Origin: an uncultured Chloroflexia bacterium
GTDB lineage: Bacteria > Chloroflexota > Limnocylindria > Limnocylindrales > CSP1-4
DNA length: 64,000 nucleotides
Assembly (NCBI GenBank): GCA_963713975.1
Contig: OY970218.1
Location: forward strand, 2,208,001 to 2,272,000
Reading direction: 5' to 3'
Positions 19,011 to 34,000 of the stretch are shown here, in pieces. The notes below the pieces were generated by a model that saw only the letters and a list, made by a program, of their open reading frames with translations, was not told the DNA's origin and made no database searches. Position numbers and translations under genes: made by a program. The stretch's first letter is position 1, and each line of letters starts with the position of its first letter.

Positions 19011-22000
19011 CTACTTCGGCTTCCTGGACTTCGACTTCGCCTTGGCGCCGGACTTCTTCTCGTCGGACTTCGCCTTGGCGGCCTTCTTGCCCTTCGCCTT
19101 GTCGGCCTTCTTGCCGCGGTCGGCGTGGGGCACCCCAGGGGTTTCGGGCGCCGCCGGGAGCACGGGCACGGATGCCGTGGCCGGGTCGGGCTCCGGAGCA
19201 AGGGGCGGGTCCGTCGCGGGCTGCGGGCTGGCGGGGGCTCCGAGGGCCTCGCGCAACCTGTCCACCCGATAACCGGACGAATCCGCGGCCTCGGTGAGGG
19301 TTCGCTCCAGCACCGAGTGTCGGACCGGCCGACGGGACCGGTCCGCGCCGGCCGCCAGGATCCACTCCAGGCGGTCCGTCCAGGCGAGCAGCTCGTCCCA
19401 CGACTCGCGGTGGAACCACTCCACGCCATCCCAGGCGTTGATCCTGATGAACGGCCGCACTGCCGGGTGCGCCAGCCACGCATCCACGAGCCGCAGCGGC
19501 AACGTGGCTGCCGGCCCGCCGAGCGATGACGGCAGGGGCAGGTCGAGCAGGGTGCGCACACGCTCGGCCGCCCACCATGCGGCACCTTCGTCCAGGCCGC
19601 GTCCGCGCAGGGCATCGGCCACGACCGGCGCCAGCCGCAGCTCCTCGTACCAGGCCCGGCTCGTCGGCCCGGCGGCCGCACCCTCGGGCAGCGCTCCGAG
19701 CGGTGCGAGCAGTGCCCAGACCTGGAGCGCCGCCGCCTGGGAGCGGTCGTCGATCGCCTCGGCAAGGCCGAGCGCCGCCGAGTACCGCGTGACGATCAGG
19801 TCCACGACGGCGACCCGGTTGCCCGTGGTGCCCGTCGCCTCCGCGACGGCGTCCACCACCCGGACGGCCGCGTCCCGGTTGGCAATTCCATCGACGGCCG
19901 GCTCGTTGATCGCGGCCCGGACGGCGTCATGCGCGGGGCTGAGCTGCTGGTCGCGCAGGGCGTCCTCGAGCGACGGCACGCCCCGCTCGCCGAGCCGTCC
20001 GGCCAGGCGCCGCCAGACGCCGGCGGCGTCGTGCAGCTCGCGCAGCTGCCAGAACACCGCGGTCTCGTACGCGTGCAGGTTCACGTGCAGGCCCTGGTCG
20101 CGGATCTCCGCGACCGATCGCAGGTACTCCAGCGAAGTCCGCTGGTCGCGGAGCACGAGCCAGCGGTCGTCGGCCGGGCCATCGGCGATCCCCAGGCCGT
20201 CCGCGAGCGTGCGGCGCTCGAGCCGCTTGGTGCCGTCCTCGTCCTTGATCGCGAAGGCGGCGGAGTCCCGGATCCGGCCGGACGTCTCGCCGTAGCGGTT
20301 GTGGTACACGACCAGTGAGCGCGACGGGCCGTTCCCGTTGGAGTAGGCGAACACGTTCTCGTCGACGCCGCCCGCGTCGTGGGCCAGGTCGTAGAGCAGG
20401 AAGTCCCGGGCCTCGGCGAAGTCGCCGCGCCGGTGGAGCAGCGGCACGATCTCGCGTTCGTGGCGGGCGACCAGCCACTCGTCCGGTCCCTCGTCGAGGA
20501 ACGCCCGCCGGAACTCCATTCCGTACTTCTCGGTGAAGCCCTCGAACTGGCCGTGCCCGAACATGGGCAGGCCCGGCAGCGTCGCCAGCAAGGTCGCGAT
20601 GCCGACGTATTTGTCGCCCTTGCCGAACTGCTCGACCGCCGTCTTCTCATCCGGGTTGTTCATGAAGTTGACGTAGCGCTTGAGGATCTCCGGGTCGAAC
20701 TCCAGGGTCTCCTTGAGCACCTTCCGGTACCCGGCGTTGTCCTCGTCGCGGAGCATGTGCATGAAGGCGCTGTTGTAGACGCGGTGCATGCCCAGGGTCC
20801 GGACGAAGTAGCCCTCGAGCATCCAGAACGCCTCGGCCAGCAGCAGGGTGTCAGGCACCTCAATGGCAACCCGGTCCACGACCTCGCGCCAGAACTCCGC
20901 CGGCATCAGGCGGTCGAAGGCGGCCTGTGTCAGTGCATGCTCCGCCCGCGACGGGATGCCGTCGCCGGCACCCGGGAGCGGCCACCACAGGCGCTGGACA
21001 TGCCTGCGGGCCAGGACCATGGCGGCGTCGAACCGGATGACCGGGAACCGGCGGGCGACATCGAGGATCGTCCGGATGACCTGCTCGCGGACCTCGGACG
21101 AGATGAAGTCGAGCTGGGCCGTGTCGTTCCAGGGGAAGCTCGTGCCGTCGTTACCGTGGTAGATGTAGCGGGTCGTCCCGGTCTGGTGATCGTAGTGTTT
21201 GAACACCACCGCGGCGTCGGTCGCGTCCCAGTAGTGGTCCTCGAGGACGATCGAGGTGCGTCCGTCGGGTGACAGGTCGGGCCCGTTGAAGCCGTACGCG
21301 GGGTAGGGTGACTCGGGGACGGAGAGGAACCACTCCGGGTGATCGATGACCCAGTGGGAGTCGATCCCCATGTGGTTGGGGACCATGTCGCTGGCGAGGC
21401 GGATGCCGCGCTCTCCGGCGCGATCGCGCAGGTTTGTGTACGCCCACTCGCCGCCAAGGTCGTCGGCGATCCGGTAGTCGTCGAGCGAGTAGGCGGAGGC
21501 GACGGCGTCCGGGTTCCCGCGCCGGCGCTTGATCGTCTGCGACGCCGGCGAGCGCTGCCACAGGCCGATGAGCCAGAGCCCCGTGATGCCGCGACGCCGG
21601 AGGAGGTCCAGCTCCTCGTCGGGGATGGCGTCGAGGGTGCGGATGTCGCGCGCGTAGCGCTTGGACAGCTGGTCCAGCCAGACATAGGTGCTCTTGGCCA
21701 CGAGGACCAGGCGCGGCATCCAGTCCGCGTCGCTGCTGAAGCGCTCGACCTCACCCTCCATGCCGGTGAACTCCGGGGCCTCGACCGGCCCTGCCCCGCC
21801 GCCGCCGAACCGCCGGTGCATCCCACGCTCCTCCTCGGCCAGGACGCCGATGGCCAGGTCGAGGCGGTCCAGGAGGCCGCCGAGGTCGTCTCCGAGGATC
21901 GCCGACCAGTGCTCGCGCACGTACCGGAGCTGGCCGGTGAGCGACGTGGGGGCATGCCTCGCGGGTGCCCGCAGCAGGTCGAGGATCCCGGCCCGATTCG

Positions 22001-22558
22001 CCGCCGCGGCATCCACCGCGGGGATCGGCTCGCTCCCGGCGAAGAAGGATTCGAGCTCGACCAGGGCTGCCGCGTACTCGTCCGTCTGGGCGAGCGGCCG
22101 CTCGTCGAACAGCTCGCGGATCGGAGTCGCGGCGGGGTTCTCGTTGGCAAGGTGCGTCAGGAGCATCTCGCTGACGAGGCTGGCCCGGTCCTCGGGACCT
22201 GGCAGGCGCGTCGGGAACGCGTCGGCAAACCGCTCGAACGCCCGGTCGGCGTCCGGCCCGAGGCTCGTCCGGATGCTCGCTGCCGCACGCAGGCGGGCAT
22301 CGCTCGCGACCGTCGCCTCGTAGCGCTCGACGAGCAGGTGGGAGATCTCGTGGAGCAGGGTGAGGGCCGCAACGTCCCCGGCCTGGACCCATGCCGCACC
22401 GGTCGGACGGGCCGCATTCATCCTGGCCGCCACGACGCGTGACGTCGGGCCGTCGGCGAGGCCTGTGTCGCCACGCCGGCCGGTGGGCGCGGCATCCATG
22501 CCGTAGCGGGTGACTGCCTGGCCCGCGACGCGCAGCGCCGCGGCCTCCGCACGCTCGC

Positions 22559-22562
<4 letters not shown>
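19011..22562 (-). CDS. Large GH13 alpha-amylase family protein
   Basis: DMVPNH, IRFDAAM, LAEAFW and FMNNPDE catalytic regions; ATG overlaps the treS stop. Confidence 0.88.
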
Positions 22563-25956
<3,394 letters not shown>

Positions 25957-25957
<1 letters not shown>

Positions 25958-27999
25958 CAGGATTGTCCGCGGATATGCAGGACGCGGGCCGGGAGCACCG
26001 CCGGGTCGATCTCGAGCGGGATCCGGTCGCCGGTCCAGCGCTCGACCGTGCCGGTGATGAGATCCTCCACCTCGAAGGGCCGCTGCGGGTCCAGCCATAG
26101 CTCGCCCAGGTCCAGCCTCAGCGTTCCGCTTCGGACCGCGTGGGGGTCCAGGCTGACGATCGTGAGGATCCGGTCGGAGCGGTCCTCGGTGAACCGGGAC
26201 CAGGCAAGGAGCTGCTCGCCCTCGACCGCGTGGACAGCGAGGCCGGTGTTCGCCTGGAGCGCCGGGTGCGCCCGCCGGATCGCGTTGATCCGGCCGATCA
26301 GCGGGGCGATGCTGACGGGATCGTCGAGATCCCAGGTCCGCTGCTGGTACTTCTCGGAGTCCAGGTACTCCTCGCTGCCGGGCTCGCGCGGGGTGTTCTC
26401 GCACAGCTCGTAGCCCGGTCCGTAGATCCCGATGCTCGGCGAGGACATCGCGGCCAGCACGTAGCGGGCCTGGAACATCGGCCGGCCTCCCTCCTGGAGG
26501 GTGGCGTGGAGGATGTCGGGCGTGTTCGGCCAGAAGTTCGGCTTGAAGAAGTCCGACACCGGCGGGCGTGAGAGCTCGCGGAAGTACTCGCCCAGCTCGC
26601 GGGCCTGCGTCCGCCAGGTGAAGTAGGTGTAGGACTGGGTGAAGCCCACCTTGGCGAGCCGGTACATCACCTTGGGGCGCGTGAACGCCTCGGCCAGGAA
26701 CAGCACGTCCGGATGGTCCGCCTTGATCCGCGCGATGGCCCACTCCCAGAACGGGAAGGCCTTCGTGTGGGGGTTGTCGACCCGGAAGACCCGCACGCCC
26801 TGCGCGATCCAGTGCCGGAACACTCCCTCGAGCCAGGTCCACAGGCCGCGCCAGTCCTCGGACTCGAAGTCGAACGGGTAAATGTCCTGGTATTTCTTGG
26901 GCGGGTTCTCCGCGTACTGCACGGTGCCGTCGGGGCGCTGCCGGAACCAGGTCGGGTGCTCCTCCACGACCGGGTGGTCGGGCGAGGCCTGGAAGGCGAT
27001 GTCGAGCGCGATCGCGATGCCACGCACGTCCGCAGCCCGGACCAGCGCGCGGAAGTCCTCCAGCGTGCCGAGCTCCGGATGGACCGCGTCGTGGCCGCCC
27101 TCAGCGGAGCCGATCGCCCACGGGACGCCGGGATCGTGCGGCGTGCACTCGGTGCTGTTGTTGGGGCCCTTGCGGAACGTCCGGCCGATCGGATGGATCG
27201 GGGGCAGGTAGAGCACGTCGAAGCCCAGGTCGGCGACGTACGGCAGGCGCGCGATCACATCCCTGAACGTGCCGTGGCGGCCCGGGTCCGGCGACGCCGA
27301 TCGCGGGAACAGCTCGTACCAGGTGGAGAACCTGGCGAGGCGCGGCTCGACCAGCAGCTCCAGGACGGGCTCGTGGACGGTCTCGTGGGCGCGGTCCGGG
27401 TGGCGCTCGACCAGCCCGTCCAGGTCCTCGTCCAGTGCGCGACCCGCATCGCCGCCCGCCAGCCGGCCCGACCGCAGCTCGTTGGCCCACTCGACCAGTG
27501 ACCGTGCGTCCGCCGCCTCGCCGCTCGCCTCGGCCCGTGTGGCGGCGGCGTCCACGAGGGCGCCCCCGATCCGCAGGTCGACTGCCACGTCCTGGCCCGC
27601 GTCGAGCCGCTTGCGCAGGTCCCGCCGCCAGGTCGCCCAAGCGTCGACCCACGCGGCGACCGTGAACGCCTGGCGCCCGGGCCCGTCCGCCGGGAACGTC
27701 GCCCGCCAGCGATCATTGCCCAGCTCATCCATCGGCGTCTCGATCCACGGAGCCCCGGGTTCGGGTCGCCGCCGGAGCCGCACCCGCACGACGTCGTGAC
27801 CATCGGCGAACGCATCAGCCTCGACCACCACGGTGTCGCCGACGACGCGCTTCGCGGGGAACCTGCCGCCGTCCACCATCGGGCTGATCGCCTCGATCAC
27901 GGTGCGGCGGCGGCCGTCGACGGGCTTGTCCGGGCCCGGATGAGGAGCGCGTGCCTGATTGAGGATGGGGGTCTCCCTTGGATCGTCCGTGGAACGCAC
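25957..27999 (-). CDS. glgE: alpha-1,4-glucan:maltose-1-phosphate maltosyltransferase
   Basis: [38 protein letters not shown] and PNTPDIL motifs. Confidence 0.97.
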
Positions 28000-28098
28000 G
28001 GGGATGCGGGCCCTCGTCCGGCCCGCCGCGCCCCCTGACCCTAGGCCACGTTCGCGGAGGGTGTCAAACGTGGTCGCGGCAGGGGACGGGAGCAGGCG

Positions 28099-29859
28099 CT
28101 ACCCGACGATGACGGCCGCGCTCATGGGCGGCAGGTGGACGCCTCCGGGGCTGACGGCGACCTCGGCAGCGGAGGCTGCGGCCAGGCGCATGTCGCCCCG
28201 CCGGGCCGCGTCCGGCCAGGGCACCGTGACGGGATCCGGCCCGAGGTTGGCGATCACCGAAGCGCCGTCCCGGTCGAGGGCGATCCAGCCCTGGCCCGGC
28301 TCCCACCGGACTGCCGGTCGACGACCGTCGCGAAGTGCCGGGACCTCGTGGCGGAGCGCGATCAGCCTCCGATACCACTCGAGCATCGCGGCATGCGGTT
28401 CGTGCGTGGCCTCGGTCCAGACCAGGCGGGACCTCGCCAGCGTCGCCGGGTCCTGCGGGTCCGGGACCTGGTCGGGGGTCCAGCCGAACGCGGCGAACTC
28501 GCGCCGCCGCCCCTCGCTCACGGCCGCGGCAAGCGCCGGGTCCTCGTGGTCGGTGAAGTAGAGGAACGGCGTGGACGCCGCCCACTCCTCGCCCTGGAAC
28601 AGGAGTGGGACGAATGGTCCGCAGAGCACGATGGCCGCCGCGACCCGCGCGGCATCCTCGCCGGTGATGTGGGCCAGTCGCTCGCCGGCGGCCCGGTTGC
28701 CAACCTGGTCGTGGTTCTGGCTGAACGCCACGAACCGCGCCGGGTCCAGCCCGTCTGCCGCGCGCCCGTGGCGGCGGTCGCGGTGTGCGGAGTGGCGGCC
28801 CGCGTAGACGTAGACGTCGGTCATGGCGCGCACGATGTCCGGGAGACCGACGAAGTCCTCGTAGTAGCCGCTGCGTTCGCCGGTCAGGGTCACGTGGATC
28901 GCGTGGTGGAGGTCGTCGCTCCAGGTCGCGTCCAGCCCGTAGCCGCCGATCGCCGGCGAGCGGACCAGGCGGGGATCGTTGAGGTCGCTCTCGGCGATCA
29001 GGACGAGGTCTCGTCCGGTGGCCAGCGAGAGCGAGCGGACCTCGTCCGCCGTCTGCTCCAGGAGGTGCGTGGCGGCGGTGTCGACGAAGGCGTGGACGGC
29101 GTCGATCCGCAACCCGTCGACGTGGTAGTCGCGCAGCCAGCCGAGGGCGTTGTCGATGAAGAACCGGCGGACCTCGTCGCTGCCCGGGCCGTCCAGGTTG
29201 ACCGCGGCCCCCCAGGGCGTGCGGTAGCGGTCTGTCTGGTACGGGCCGAAGGCGCCCGTGTAGTTCCCGTCGGGGCCGAAGTGGTTGTAGACGACGTCGA
29301 GCAGCACAGCGAGGCCCCGCCCGTGGCATGCGTCCACGAGCCGCTTCAGCCCATCCGGCCCGCCGTAGGGCTCATGCGGTGCGAACAGCGCGACGCCGTC
29401 GTAGCCCCATCCGTGGACACCCGGGAACGCGTTGACCGGCATCAGCTCCACGTGGGTGACGCCGAGGCCGACGAGGTGGCCGAGGCGGGCGACGACGCCG
29501 TCGAACGTACCCTCCGGGCTGAACGTGCCCGGGTGCAGCTCGTAGATCACGGCGTCCGCGAGGGGTCCGGGTCGCCATGCGTCATCGGTCCACGGGAACG
29601 TTCCGTGGTCCACGATCCGGGACGGGCCGTGGATGCCCTCCGGCTGCCAGGCGGAGCGGGGATCGGGGATTGGTGCCCCGCTGTCGAGGGCGAAGCGGTA
29701 GTCCGTCCCGGTGGTGACATCGGGCCACCGGCCGGACCACCAGCCGCCCCCGCTCGCCGTCATCGGGCGCCGGTCGCCCCCACCGGTGTCGGTCCCGACG
29801 ACGATATTGACGGCGCTCGCCCCGGGCGCCCAGACCCGTACCTCGTGGGCGTTCGTCAC
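28099..29859 (-). CDS. treZ: Malto-oligosyltrehalose trehalohydrolase
   Basis: VWAPGA, WGYDG, DVVYNHFGPDGNY, RIDAVHA, QNHDQVGNR; GTG overlaps the treY stop. Confidence 0.95.
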   Translation of the reverse strand: MTNAHEVRVWAPGASAVNIVVGTDTGGGDRRPMTASGGGWWSGRWPDVTTGTDYRFALDSGAPIPDPRSAWQPEGIHGPSRIVDHGTFPWTDDAWRPGPLADAVIYELHPGTFSPEGTFDGVVARLGHLVGLGVTHVELMPVNAFPGVHGWGYDGVALFAPHEPYGGPDGLKRLVDACHGRGLAVLLDVVYNHFGPDGNYTGAFGPYQTDRYRTPWGAAVNLDGPGSDEVRRFFIDNALGWLRDYHVDGLRIDAVHAFVDTAATHLLEQTADEVRSLSLATGRDLVLIAESDLNDPRLVRSPAIGGYGLDATWSDDLHHAIHVTLTGERSGYYEDFVGLPDIVRAMTDVYVYAGRHSAHRDRRHGRAADGLDPARFVAFSQNHDQVGNRAAGERLAHITGEDAARVAAAIVLCGPFVPLLFQGEEWAASTPFLYFTDHEDPALAAAVSEGRRREFAAFGWTPDQVPDPQDPATLARSRLVWTEATHEPHAAMLEWYRRLIALRHEVPALRDGRRPAVRWEPGQGWIALDRDGASVIANLGPDPVTVPWPDAARRGDMRLAAASAAEVAVSPGGVHLPPMSAAVIVG

Positions 29860-32609
29860 GCCGGGTTGTCCGTCGGGCGGACGAGGAGCGCCACGGGGAA
29901 CCGGTCCAGGAGCATCGCGATCGGGACGTCGCCGCCGCCGGTCAGTGCGCCATCGTCCGCCCGGCCACCCCCCAGAAGGTTCGTCCAGGTCCCGGCCGGG
30001 AGGGCCAGGTGCGTCGACCCCCATGTGTCCGCGTGGCCCCAGGCGGGGCCGCCCAGTCCGTGCACGAGGCGCGGCGCAACGACGACGAGGTCGTCGGCCC
30101 GCATGAGCGCGACCACGTGCCCGGCTCGGGGACCGGTCGCCTCGAGCGCCCGGTAGGCGGCTCGCCGGTCGAACAGCTCCGGTCGATCCCGACGCAGTCC
30201 CAGCGTGCGTGCGATCGTCCACAGCTTCGGCAGCCCCTCCTCCATCTCCTCCAGGACCGACTCCGGGGTGGCACTGCCGGCGCCGTCGAGGAGGCGTGCG
30301 CGCCGCTCGAAGTCGACCGGGCGGCGGTTGTCCGGATCCACGAGGCTGAGGTCCCACAGGTCCGTGCCCTGGTAGATGTCGGGAACCCCCGGCACGGTGA
30401 GCTTGAGCAGCGTCTGGGCGATCGAGCCCACCCGGCCCGCCGCCACCACGGGCACGAGGAAGGCCTCGAGGTCGGCGATGAACGCCGGGTCGGCGATTGC
30501 CGAGGCCGCGAACGAGGTCAGGGCCGTCTCATAGGCCTCGTCCGGCGCCCCCCACGACGTGTGGAGCTTCGCTTCGCGCACGGCCTTTGTGAGGTAGGCC
30601 TCGAGGCGCTCGCGATCGATGGGCCATGCCCCGACCAGCGTCTGGTACAGGAGGTACTCAGCATTCCGGTCCGGGAGCTCGCCGGTCCGGTACGTTGCGA
30701 GCATCCCGGACCAGCGCCAGACCGCCGCGGCCCACTCGGTCGGCATCTCGGACAGGACGTGGATCCGGGCACGGACGTCCTCCGCGCGCTTGGTGTCGTG
30801 GGTGCTGGTGGTGAGCATCGCGTCGGGCCAGGCGGCGTGCCGGCTCGCGTTCGCCGCGTGGAATGCGGCCGGGGACACGCCGAACCGTGCGGGATCTCCA
30901 CCCACCTCGTTGAGCGAGACCAGCCGGTGGTAGCGGTAGAACGCCGTGTCCTCGACGCCCTTGGCCATGACCGCCCCCGTCAGCTGCTGGAAGCGCATGA
31001 CCAGCTCGGACTCCTTCGGCCCGCGGACGCGAAGCGCCAGGATGTCCCCAACGAAGCGGAAGAGATCGGGATCGAGGGGCGGGTTCACATCGATCGCGGC
31101 GTCCACGACGTCCGCGAGAATCTCCTCATCCCCTGCGTCGATCATCCCCGCGTCCGCTCGCACGTACGTCCGGTAGCGGGGGAACGCCACGGCCAGCTCG
31201 CGCAGGACCTCGTGGCAGGCGTGGCGGGTGTGGTCCCGGTGGCGGCGATGCCCCTCGCAGATCTCGAGCAGCAGCCCGGTCAGCCGGTTGAGCTCGCTGC
31301 CAAGGTTCTCGCGCAGGACCACCTGCTTCGAGTCGCGGACCACGGCCGCGAGATCGTCGTCCAGCCCCGTGAACTCGCGGTACAGGGCGGTCATCGCGGC
31401 CTCGGCCGAGGCGTCCACGAACAGGCCGCCGATGAGGTTGAGGAACCCGTAGCCGGTGGTGCCGTCCACGGGCCAGTCGGCACGAAGCGTCTCGTGGCCC
31501 TCGAGGATCTTCTCGGCGACGATCCAGCCTCGCGGGCTCGCTTCCCGCAGCCGGCGGAAGTACGCGGCAGGGTCCCGCAGGCCATCCGGGTGGTCGACCC
31601 GGAGGCCGTCGATGACCCCGTCGCGGATCCAGCGCATCGGCACCAGGTGCGTGTCCGCGAAGACCTCCGGGTCCTCGACCCGGATCCCGATCAGCGTGGT
31701 CACGTCGAAGAAGCGCCGGTAGCCGAGGTCACGGCCGGCCGCCCGCCAGTGGGCGAGCCGGTAGTTCTGCGCCTCGAGGATCGCGTCGAGCGTGTCCGGG
31801 TCGGCGTTGGCGGCGTCCACCTCCGCGTCGAGTGCCCGGGCAAGCTCGGGCTGCTCGTGGGTCAGCCTTGCCAGCTGCGTCCTGAGCACCTCCTTGTCGC
31901 GATGACGCCGCTCGACGCTCTCGAGATCGACGGCCGTCGGCGACGGCAGCCTGCCCAGGGCGCCGCCGACGAACATCAGCTCGTCCAATTCGACCCGGCG
32001 ACCCGCCGCCATCACAAGATCGCCCAGGGCCCTCGGCGCAATCGGCACGCGATGATCGTGGTAGGCGACCGTGAACGATCCGCCGCGACGTTCGAGCCGC
32101 AGCTCGCCGGCCTCCAGGACGCGTCCGTAGTGGTCGCCGAGGATCGGCAGCAGGACCACGTCGCGCAGGTATGCCTCGGGTGGATCCCAGTCCACGTCGA
32201 AGTACTTCGCATAGCGGCTCGCCGGGCCGTTCTCGAGGACGTCCCACCACCAGGGGTTCTCCGGTCCCGAGATCGCGAGGTGGTTGGGCACGATGTCGAT
32301 GACCTGGCCGAGATGGTGGCGCTCGAGCGTCCGGCCGAGCTGCCGGTGGTCCAGGTCGTCGCCCAGCTCGGCGTTGATCCGGTGCGGATCGACGACGTCG
32401 TACCCGTGCTCGCTGCCGGGCGCCGCCTGGAGCACCGGCGAGCTGTAGAGGTGGCTCACCCCCAGCAGCTCGAGGTAGGGGGCGATCGCCGCCGCGGCGC
32501 GGAAGCCGAACGAGGGTCGAAGCTGGACCCGGTAGGTGGCCCTCGGGATGACCCGAGCCGCCTCAACCGCCTGCTCGTCCGGCGCGGGCCCCAGGCCGAA
32601 GGCCGTCAC
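29856..32609 (-). CDS. treY: Malto-oligosyltrehalose synthase
   Basis: PRATYRVQ, DIVPNH, YRRFFDV, GLRVDHPDGL, STHDTKRAED, SLVDPDNRRPVD. Confidence 0.96.
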   Translation of the reverse strand: MTAFGLGPAPDEQAVEAARVIPRATYRVQLRPSFGFRAAAAIAPYLELLGVSHLYSSPVLQAAPGSEHGYDVVDPHRINAELGDDLDHRQLGRTLERHHLGQVIDIVPNHLAISGPENPWWWDVLENGPASRYAKYFDVDWDPPEAYLRDVVLLPILGDHYGRVLEAGELRLERRGGSFTVAYHDHRVPIAPRALGDLVMAAGRRVELDELMFVGGALGRLPSPTAVDLESVERRHRDKEVLRTQLARLTHEQPELARALDAEVDAANADPDTLDAILEAQNYRLAHWRAAGRDLGYRRFFDVTTLIGIRVEDPEVFADTHLVPMRWIRDGVIDGLRVDHPDGLRDPAAYFRRLREASPRGWIVAEKILEGHETLRADWPVDGTTGYGFLNLIGGLFVDASAEAAMTALYREFTGLDDDLAAVVRDSKQVVLRENLGSELNRLTGLLLEICEGHRRHRDHTRHACHEVLRELAVAFPRYRTYVRADAGMIDAGDEEILADVVDAAIDVNPPLDPDLFRFVGDILALRVRGPKESELVMRFQQLTGAVMAKGVEDTAFYRYHRLVSLNEVGGDPARFGVSPAAFHAANASRHAAWPDAMLTTSTHDTKRAEDVRARIHVLSEMPTEWAAAVWRWSGMLATYRTGELPDRNAEYLLYQTLVGAWPIDRERLEAYLTKAVREAKLHTSWGAPDEAYETALTSFAASAIADPAFIADLEAFLVPVVAAGRVGSIAQTLLKLTVPGVPDIYQGTDLWDLSLVDPDNRRPVDFERRARLLDGAGSATPESVLEEMEEGLPKLWTIARTLGLRRDRPELFDRRAAYRALEATGPRAGHVVALMRADDLVVVAPRLVHGLGGPAWGHADTWGSTHLALPAGTWTNLLGGGRADDGALTGGGDVPIAMLLDRFPVALLVRPTDNPA

Positions 32610-33661
32610 CGGCCCACGTCGATGCGCTCGATGGCCCGGCGCAGCAGCTCCAGACCGGCCGGGTCGAACTCGTAGCTCCACTCCCGGATTCGCTCCGGGC
32701 GCTCGAACCGTGCCTCCAGCCCGAGCGCGATCGCCTCGCGCGAGAGGAGGATCAAGTCGGCCTCGCGGTCCACCTGGTCGAGCTCCGGCTCCGTGTGGGC
32801 GACGGCGGAGACGATCGTGACGCCGGATGCGCCGGCGAGCGCCAGGACCTCGGCGATGTTGTCGACGCCTCGCTGCGAGCCGCACACGACGCCCACGCGC
32901 GAGCCGGAAGGCAGCCCGGCGATCTCGTGGACCAGGGACATGTATCCGGGCCCGACGAGCATCGCCACCACCGGCACGCGTCCTGCGACGTACGCCTGCG
33001 CCTCGTCGGCATGGAACGTCGTGGTCGCGACCAGGTCGTAGTGGTAGCGGTCCAGGCGTTCCGGCAGCTCGTCCAGCAGCAGCGGGATCACCTCGACCCG
33101 CTCCGGGAAGGCCTCGCCGATCCGCTCTGCGTCCGCGTTGGCGTCCGCCGTCGTGCACTCCGCGAACAGGATCCGGACATGGGGTCCGGGCCGCTTGCGG
33201 TCCGCCGCGGCGCTGAACGTCGCCTGGGCTACCTCGTCCGGGGTGAACCCGAGCTGGGCTCCCCGACGGATGGTCTCGGCGACGATGCCGGCGAGCGCCT
33301 GGGAGCCGCGCCGGACCGGTGGGCGGTCGACGACGCGCGTACCCGCCCCGTGGCGGCCCACCACGTGACCTGCCTCGGCGAGGCGCCGGTAGACGGCACG
33401 GATCGTGTTGGGGTTGACCCGCAGCGCGGCGCCAAGCTCGCGCACCGGCGGCAGGCGGGTTCCCGGCTGGAGGCGGCCGGACTCGATCTGGTAGGCGAGC
33501 TGCCAGTAGATCTGGGTCGAGATCGGAACGTCGGAGTCACGCTCGATGTCGAGCTCGTGCCCTCCGGCAGGGGATGACGCCGAGGCGGATGGTCCGTCGA
33601 CGGGCCATTCGGCGGGCTGGAGGGGGCCGTTTCGGCTACTTGACACAGTGGAGTAGTCCAA
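32606..33661 (-). CDS. GntR family regulator with extended C-terminal domain
   Basis: PISTQI..GRLQPGTRLPPVRELGAALRVNPNTIRAVYRRL; stop overlaps the treY start; start codon uncertain. Confidence 0.85.
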   Translation of the reverse strand: MDYSTVSSSRNGPLQPAEWPVDGPSASASSPAGGHELDIERDSDVPISTQIYWQLAYQIESGRLQPGTRLPPVRELGAALRVNPNTIRAVYRRLAEAGHVVGRHGAGTRVVDRPPVRRGSQALAGIVAETIRRGAQLGFTPDEVAQATFSAAADRKRPGPHVRILFAECTTADANADAERIGEAFPERVEVIPLLLDELPERLDRYHYDLVATTTFHADEAQAYVAGRVPVVAMLVGPGYMSLVHEIAGLPSGSRVGVVCGSQRGVDNIAEVLALAGASGVTIVSAVAHTEPELDQVDREADLILLSREAIALGLEARFERPERIREWSYEFDPAGLELLRRAIERIDVGR

Positions 33662-33688
33662 ATATCTTGTTCTTGGCCTAATTGACTA
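33640..33688 (+). promoter_or_regulatory. Sigma70-type promoter with probable GntR operator repeats
   Basis: TTGACA(33640)-N17-TATCTT(33663); TAGTCCAA (33654) and TTGGCCTA (33673) form an inverted pair, plus TTGACTA (33682). Confidence 0.65.
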
Positions 33689-33725
33689 TACCAACCAACG
33701 GGCTCCGCCCAGAATCGAGCGCTCC

Positions 33726-33860
33726 ATGGAACTGATCCTTGTCACGGTGGTGATGGTGATCCTGGGCATGCTCGCGGTCACCGCAAACGAGCTTGGCGTG
33801 GACTCGCGGGACATGTCGGACGACCCGCACCGGCCTGACTATCCCGTAACGATCACCTGA
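33726..33860 (+). CDS. 44-aa single-TM small protein (not in the ORF track)
   Basis: MELILVTVVMVILGMLAVTANELGVDSRDMSDDPHRPDYPVTIT; lies between its own promoter and a hairpin. Confidence 0.7.
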   Translation: MELILVTVVMVILGMLAVTANELGVDSRDMSDDPHRPDYPVTIT

Positions 33861-33919
33861 TCCGCAACCTCACGCGCAACGGGCGCCGTACCTCCCCTCC
33901 ATTCCGGCGCCCATTCCTC

Positions 33920-33945
33920 CGGCCCCCGGCTCACGCCGGGGGCCG
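33920..33945. terminator. GC-rich hairpin between convergent genes
   Basis: CGGCCCCCGGC-TCAC-GCCGGGGGCCG, 11-bp stem. Confidence 0.65.
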
Positions 33946-34000
33946 TTGGTGTCTATGGGCACTGGAGCGGCAGCGGGACTCAGCGCGCCTCCGGCGCGCC

